NCBI RefSeq assembly: GCF_053078305.1
Contig: NZ_CP166879.1
Strand: one strand, 5' to 3'
Length of the DNA stretch: 64,000 bases
The number at the start of each line of letters is the position of its first letter. The stretch's first letter is position 1. The notes under the pieces were generated by a model. That model saw only the letters and a program-made list of their open reading frames with translations. It did not search any database and was not told the origin of the DNA. A program made the translations under genes and the position numbers. Below are positions 58,420 through 64,000 of the stretch, piece after piece.

Positions 58420-61012
58420 TCTGGTTATTGATTTGAGTCTGGATGCGGCCCGGTTTGATGAACAGATGGCCCGGGTACGCCGTCATTTTTCCAGTCTGGA
58501 GGCGGATGCCAGAAAAACCGCCAGTACTGTTGAACAGGGGCTGAGCCGACAGGCGCTGGCTGCACAAAAAGCCGGGATATCAGTCGGACAGTATAAGGCT
58601 GCCATGCGCACACTGCCCGCACAGTTCACGGATATTGTCACTCAGCTTGCCGGTGGTCAGAATCCCTTCCTTATCATGCTGCAGCAGGGGGGGCAGATCA
58701 GCGATTCATTCGGTGGACCGCTCAGCCTGCTTACCCTGCTGAAGGAGGAACTTCTCGGGATCAGGGATGCCTCTGAATCATCAGAGGATTCGCTGTCAGA
58801 TACGGCAAATGCTCTGGCTGAAAATGCCCGGAATGCCGGTGAACTGGGACGATTTATGTCGGTGGCCCGTGTGGCGGCAGGTGGCGGGGTTGCCGTACTG
58901 GCCGCGCTTGCTGCTGCCGCCTGGCAGGCAGAGCAGGCTGACCGGGCCTTATTGCGTTCACTGACCCTGACCGGAGGGGCGGCTGCCACCACAACGGCCG
59001 AATTGTGGAAAATGGCCGGGGTGATCAGCGATGAAGCCGGTGGTGGTATCAGACAGGCGGCAGAAAATCTGGCCCGTCTGGCAGAAAGCGGGAAATATAC
59101 CGCCGGGCAGCTACGGATCATGGGGGAAACCTCTCAGAGATGGCTGCAGACGGTGGGGGACGATGCCGGGAAGGTGGAAAAAGCCTTTGAAGGGATTGCA
59201 GCAGATCCGGTGAAGGCGCTGGCCTCCCTGAATCAGCAGTATAACTTCCTGAGCGTTTCCCAGTTACGCCATATTGATGAGCTTGAGCGCACGAAAGGTA
59301 AACAGGCTGCGGTGACGGAGGCGATGTCCCTGTTTGCGGATGTTATGAATGCACGTCTGGAGCAACTTGATAAAGCGGCCACGCCGGTGGAAAAAATCTG
59401 GGACGATGTTAAAACCTGGACTTCTGACGCATGGGCATGGATAGGTGATCATACACTGGGGGCACTCAGTCTGATCACTGACGTGGTGGCAGGAACCGTT
59501 GAACAGGTGAAGCTGCTGCTTGTGCAGGGGGATCTGGCGCTGGCTGAATTTATTCAGTCAGCCTGGGAAACGACAAAGAATGTGCCCGGCGTTGGTGCGT
59601 TGTTTGGTGAACTGGCAGAAGAGAACCGCGTATTTATTGAGAAAACAAAACGCGATGAACTGGCGCTGAGAAAATCCATTGCGGAACGGGATGCGCGTAT
59701 ACGCCAGGGGGAAATGGGGTACATCAACCGTTCGCGTGCAACAGGCGTCAGCAAAGGTCCGGGGCAGCAGGAAGCCGTCAGCCGTCTGGCTGAAGAGCTG
59801 ACAGGTAAAAAGCATACATCACCGAAAACGCGCTCTGCCGGGGAGAGGGAAGAGGAGCAGGCAAGAGAGGCTCTGCTTGCCCTTGAAGCTGAACTCAGGA
59901 CGCTGGAAAAACACAGCGGTGCGAATGAGAAAATCAGCCGGCAACGCCGTGATTTATGGAAGGCGGAAAGTCAGTATGCGGTCCTGAAAGAGGCTGCCAC
60001 GAAACGACAGTTATCCGGGCAGGAAAAATCCCTGCTGGCCCATGAGAAAGAGACGCTGGAGTACAAACGCCAGCTGGCTGAGCTGGGCGACAAGGTTGAA
60101 TACCAGAAACGCCTGAATGAGCTGGCACAGCAGGCGGCACGGTTTGAAGAGCAGCAGAGCGCGAAGCAGGCCGCCATCAGCGCAAAAGCCCGTGGTCTCA
60201 CTGACCGTCAGGCGCAGCGGGAGTCTGAAGCGCAGCGTCTTCGTGACGTGTATGGCGATAATCCGCAGGCGCTGGCACAGGTCACCGGGGCACTGAAACA
60301 GACATGGGCGGATGAAGACATGCTGCGCGGTGACTGGCTGGCCGGGCTGAAGTCCGGCTGGGGCGAGTGGGCAGAAAGTGCGACGGACAGTTTTTCGCAG
60401 GTTAAAAGTGCTGCCACGCAGACCTTTGACGGTATTGCGCAGAATATGGCGGCGATGCTGACCGGTGCAGAGGCAGACTGGCGGGGATTCACCCGTTCGG
60501 TGCTGTCCATGATGACAGAAATCCTGCTTAAACAGGCCATGGTGGGAATTGTCGGGCGTATCGGCAGTGCCATTGGTGGTGCTTTCGGTGGTGGTGCATC
60601 TGCTTCCTCGGGGACGGCCATTGAGGCTGCGGCGGCGAACTTCCATTTCGCGACCGGAGGATTTACGGGGACGGGCGGCAAATATGAGCCTGCGGGGATA
60701 GTTCACCGCGGGGAGTTTGTTTTCACGAAAGAGGCAACCAGCCGGATAGGTGTGGGGAATCTTTACCGTCTGATGCGCGGGTATGCGGAAGGTGGTTATG
60801 TGGGTGCTGCCGGAAGTCCGGCGCAGATGCGGCGGGCGGAAGGTATTAATTTTAATCAGAACAATCACGTGGTGATTCAGAACGACGGTATCAACGGACA
60901 GGCGGGGCCGCAGCTGATGAAGGCGGTGTATGACATGGCCCGTAAGGGGGCGCAGGATGAACTCCGGCTGCAGTTACGTGATGGCGGTATGTTATCAGGG
61001 AGCGGGCGATGA
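58400..61012 (+). CDS. H: tail tape measure protein H
   Basis: 870 aa; extensive similarity to remembered lambda H. Confidence 0.9.
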   Translation: MSQPAGDLVIDLSLDAARFDEQMARVRRHFSSLEADARKTASTVEQGLSRQALAAQKAGISVGQYKAAMRTLPAQFTDIVTQLAGGQNPFLIMLQQGGQISDSFGGPLSLLTLLKEELLGIRDASESSEDSLSDTANALAENARNAGELGRFMSVARVAAGGGVAVLAALAAAAWQAEQADRALLRSLTLTGGAAATTTAELWKMAGVISDEAGGGIRQAAENLARLAESGKYTAGQLRIMGETSQRWLQTVGDDAGKVEKAFEGIAADPVKALASLNQQYNFLSVSQLRHIDELERTKGKQAAVTEAMSLFADVMNARLEQLDKAATPVEKIWDDVKTWTSDAWAWIGDHTLGALSLITDVVAGTVEQVKLLLVQGDLALAEFIQSAWETTKNVPGVGALFGELAEENRVFIEKTKRDELALRKSIAERDARIRQGEMGYINRSRATGVSKGPGQQEAVSRLAEELTGKKHTSPKTRSAGEREEEQAREALLALEAELRTLEKHSGANEKISRQRRDLWKAESQYAVLKEAATKRQLSGQEKSLLAHEKETLEYKRQLAELGDKVEYQKRLNELAQQAARFEEQQSAKQAAISAKARGLTDRQAQRESEAQRLRDVYGDNPQALAQVTGALKQTWADEDMLRGDWLAGLKSGWGEWAESATDSFSQVKSAATQTFDGIAQNMAAMLTGAEADWRGFTRSVLSMMTEILLKQAMVGIVGRIGSAIGGAFGGGASASSGTAIEAAAANFHFATGGFTGTGGKYEPAGIVHRGEFVFTKEATSRIGVGNLYRLMRGYAEGGYVGAAGSPAQMRRAEGINFNQNNHVVIQNDGINGQAGPQLMKAVYDMARKGAQDELRLQLRDGGMLSGSGR

Positions 61013-61338
61013 AAACCTTTCGCTGGAAAGTGAAGCCGGATATGGAGGTGAACTCGCAGCCGTCGGTGCGTGAAGTGCGTTTTGGTGACGGGTACTCACA
61101 GCGTATGGCGGCAGGGCTGAATGCTGACCTGAAAACATACCGGGTGATGCTTTCCGTGACCCGGGAGGAGGCCCGGCATCTGGAAGCGTTCCTGGCAGAG
61201 CACGGGGGCTGGAAGGCATTTTTGTGGAAGCCACCCTATGCATACCGGCAGATAAAGGTGACCTGTGCCGGGTGGTCTGCGCGGGTCGGGATGCTGCGCG
61301 TTGAGTTCAGCGCGGAGTTTAAGCAGGTGGTGAACTGA
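61009..61338 (+). CDS. M: minor tail protein M
   Basis: 109 aa, lambda M-like. Confidence 0.9.
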   Translation: MKTFRWKVKPDMEVNSQPSVREVRFGDGYSQRMAAGLNADLKTYRVMLSVTREEARHLEAFLAEHGGWKAFLWKPPYAYRQIKVTCAGWSARVGMLRVEFSAEFKQVVN

Positions 61339-62036
61339 TGCAGGATATTCACGAAGAAACTCTTAACGAGTCGGTTAAGTCAGAGCAGTCACCGCGGGTG
61401 GTGCTCTGGGAAATCGACCTGACGGCGCAGGGCGGTGAGCGGTATTTTTTCTGCAATGAGCTGAATGAAAAAGGGGAGCCGGTGACCTGGCAGGGGCGTG
61501 AATATCAGGCGTACCCGATTGAGGGCAGCGGCTTTGAGATGAACGGAAAGGGCAGCAGTGCCCGCCCGTCGCTGACAGTGTCCAATCTTTTTGGGCTGGT
61601 CACCGGGATGGCGGAGGATTTGCAGAGCCTGGTGGGTGCCACGGTGGTCCGCCGCCGGGTGTATGCGCGTTTTCTGGATGCGGTGAATTTTGTGGCAGGC
61701 AATCCGGAGGCAGACCCTGAGCAGGAGCTGATGGACCGGTGGGTGGTGGAGCAGATGTCAGCGCTGACGGCCATGACGGCCTCGTTTGTGCTGGCGACAC
61801 CGACGGAGACGGACGGTGCGCTGTTTCCCGGTCGCATCATGCTGGCGAACACCTGTATGTGGGATTACCGGGGCGATGAATGCGGGTATAACGGTCCGGC
61901 AGTGGCGGATGAGTTCGACAACCCCACCACGGATATCCGGAAGGACAGATGCAGTAAATGCATGCGCGGGTGTGAGATGCGCGGCATGGTGGCTAATTTC
62001 GGCGGTTTCCTTTCCATTAATAAACTTTCGCAGTAA
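61338..62036 (+). CDS. L: minor tail protein L
   Basis: 232 aa, lambda L-like. Confidence 0.9.
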   Translation: MQDIHEETLNESVKSEQSPRVVLWEIDLTAQGGERYFFCNELNEKGEPVTWQGREYQAYPIEGSGFEMNGKGSSARPSLTVSNLFGLVTGMAEDLQSLVGATVVRRRVYARFLDAVNFVAGNPEADPEQELMDRWVVEQMSALTAMTASFVLATPTETDGALFPGRIMLANTCMWDYRGDECGYNGPAVADEFDNPTTDIRKDRCSKCMRGCEMRGMVANFGGFLSINKLSQ

Positions 62037-62044
62037 ATCCCGTT

Positions 62045-62790
62045 TTATGACACAGACTGAATCAGCGATTCTGGCGCATGCCCGGCGGTGTGCGCCAGCG
62101 GAGTCGTGCGGCTTCGTGATAAGCACCCCGGAGGGCGAACGGTACCAGCCCTGCGTGAATATCTCCGCAGAGCCGGAGGCGTATTTTCGTATTGCACCGG
62201 AAGACTGGCTGCGGGCAGATATGCAGGGGGAGATTGTGGCGCTGGTCCACAGTCATCCCGGTGGTCTGCCCTGGCTGAGCGAGGCGGACCGGCGGCTGCA
62301 GATAAAGAGTGCCCTGCCCTGGTGGCTGGTCTGCCGGGGCGACATTCACCGGTTCCGCTGTGTGCCGCACCTGACCGGACGGCGCTTTGAACACGGTGTG
62401 ACGGACTGTTACAGCCTGTTCCGGGATGCATACCATCTGGCGGGGATAACGCTGCCGGATTTTGTGCGTGAGGATGACTGGTGGCGCAACGGCCAGAACC
62501 TGTACCTGGACAACCTGGCGGACAACGGCTTTTACCGGGTGTCTCCGTCCTGTGCACAGGCGGGCGATATCCTGCTGTGCTGCTTTGGTTCATCGGTGCC
62601 GAATCATGCCGCCATTTACTGTGGCAACGGTGAACTGCTTCACCATATACCTGAACAACTGAGTAAACGGGAGAGGTATTCTGAAAAATGGCAACGACGA
62701 ACGCATTCTGTCTGGCGTCACCGCCACTGGTCCGTATCTGCCTTCACGGGGATTTACAACGATTTGGTCGCCGCATCAGCCTGTATGTGA
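62045..62790 (+). CDS. K: tail assembly protein K
   Basis: 248 aa; ATG at 62045; synteny between L and I. Confidence 0.8.
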
Positions 62791-63368
62791 ACACGGCAGC
62801 GGAGGCCATACGTGCCCTGTCACTGCAGGTGCCGGGATTCCGCGGTCAGATGAACGAAGGCTGGTACCGGATACGTATTGCCGGTGAGGATACCGCGCCG
62901 GAGGCGGTGTATGCCCGTCTTCACGAACAACTGGGTGAGGGAGCGGTCATCCACATTGTACCGCGACTGGCCGGAGCCGGGGGAAATGGTGTTTTTCAGG
63001 TGGTGCTGGGGGCAGCAGCCATCGTGGGCTCTTTCTTCACAGCCGGTGCAACGATGGCGTTGTGGGGCGCAGCCCTGAGTGCCGGAGGGCTGACTGCCAC
63101 CACGATGCTGTTCTCACTGGGTGCCAGCATGATACTGGGTGGTGTGGCTCAGATGCTGGCCCCGAAGGCAAAGACGCCGGAGTACAAAAGTACGGATAAC
63201 GGTAAACAGAACACGTATTTTTCGTCACTGGACAACATGATTGCCCAGGGTAACCCGATGCCGGTACCTTACGGTGAAATGCTGGTTGGTTCACGACGGA
63301 TATCCCAGGACATTAGCACCCGTGATGAGGGCGGAGACGGGAAAGTGGTGGTTATCGGACGGGGATAA
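62688..63368 (+). CDS. I: tail assembly protein I
   Basis: 226 aa; ICLHGDLQRFGRRI...GNGVFQVVLGAAAI matches remembered lambda I; overlaps K. Confidence 0.85.
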   Translation: MATTNAFCLASPPLVRICLHGDLQRFGRRISLYVNTAAEAIRALSLQVPGFRGQMNEGWYRIRIAGEDTAPEAVYARLHEQLGEGAVIHIVPRLAGAGGNGVFQVVLGAAAIVGSFFTAGATMALWGAALSAGGLTATTMLFSLGASMILGGVAQMLAPKAKTPEYKSTDNGKQNTYFSSLDNMIAQGNPMPVPYGEMLVGSRRISQDISTRDEGGDGKVVVIGRG

Positions 63369-63608
63369 AAATAAAAAAATCCCGCAGAGTTAGTGGAGCT
63401 GCGGGAAATAACGATGAAGATTAATGTTATGGAGTTATTTTTTTGGGCAGAAAAACAGTAACGCAGCGTCATTATAGCGGCTACAGGCAATTGCCGGAAA
63501 TGTGAAGAATTTCAGAAATTTTATTCCGTCATGACACAGGCACCCTCCGGGGTGCCTGTTGTTTTTGGGCATAAACAGATTCAGACATCAGACAGGAGAG
63601 GGGGACAG

Positions 63609-64000
63609 AGTGGGTAAAGGGGGCGGCAAGGGGCACACACCGCGTGAGGCGAAGGACAATCTCAAATCCACGCAGATGATGAGCGTGATTGATGCCATTG
63701 GTGAGGGACCGGTGGAAGGTCCGGTGAAGGGACTGCAGAGTATTCTGGTGAACAAAACCCCGCTGACGGACACGGACGGTAATCCCGTGATACACGGTGT
63801 GACCGCCGTCTGGCGCGCCGGGGAGCAGGAGCAGACACCGCCGGAAGGCTTTGAGTCCTCCGGGGCAGAAACCGCACTGGGCGTGGAGGTGACGAAGGCA
63901 AAGCCGGTGACGCGCACCATCACGTCAGCGAACATTGACCGTCTGCGGGTCACCTTCGGGGTGCAGTCACTGGTGGAGACCACCTCAAAGGGTGACCGTA
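63609..64000 (+). CDS. J: tail tip/host specificity protein J, 5' part (runs off window)
   Basis: GTG start; KGHTPREAKDNLKSTQ...GEQEQTPPEGFESSG matches remembered lambda J N-terminus. Confidence 0.85.

Larger units (their letters stand above)
1..64000 (+). mobile_element. lambda-like prophage, late (head and tail) region, interrupted by two inserted elements
   Basis: Gene order B-C/Nu3-D-E-FI-FII-Z-U-V-G-T-H-M-L-K-I-J with translations resembling remembered lambda proteins. Confidence 0.85.

Noticed and set aside
60011-60868. 285-aa minus-strand ORF inside tape measure gene H
   Set aside because: Antisense to H, which matches lambda H over its whole length; no RBS; low-complexity translation.
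1-64000. Host chromosomal genes, rRNA or a CRISPR locus in the window
   Set aside because: Every segment is accounted for by phage or satellite genes; no rRNA-like or spacer-repeat structure seen.

Overview
The window is almost entirely phage DNA arranged as three nested layers. (1) Backbone: the head-tail morphogenesis region of a lambda-like prophage in canonical lambda order (portal B, protease/scaffold C-Nu3, D, E, FI, FII, Z, U, V, G/GT, H, M, L, K, I, start of J). (2) The portal gene is split by an ~11.8-kb integrase-bearing satellite-like element (about 91-11937) carrying int, alpA, a Bro-N protein, an RHH regulator, an AAA-type replication protein with a downstream iteron origin, ssb, a PerC-like regulator, diverged paralogs of the helper capsid (E), decoration (D) and scaffold (Nu3) genes, a Nu1-like small terminase and two lambda-type cos sites in inverted orientation; it has no portal, protease, large terminase, tail or lysis genes. 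(3) Gene Z is split by a ~39.3-kb Mu-like transposable prophage (about 16941-56277) with c, ner, A, B, gam, gemA, mor, lysis, head and contractile-tail genes, an invertible tail-fibre segment with a Gin-type invertase, a NanS-p-like esterase cargo gene and com/mom. No rRNA or CRISPR array was seen; one tRNA-like sequence lacks a credible cloverleaf. Product calls rest on reading the six-frame translations against remembered protein families; no database search was run, so names are family-level hypotheses. Coordinates of junctions are approximate to a few bp.
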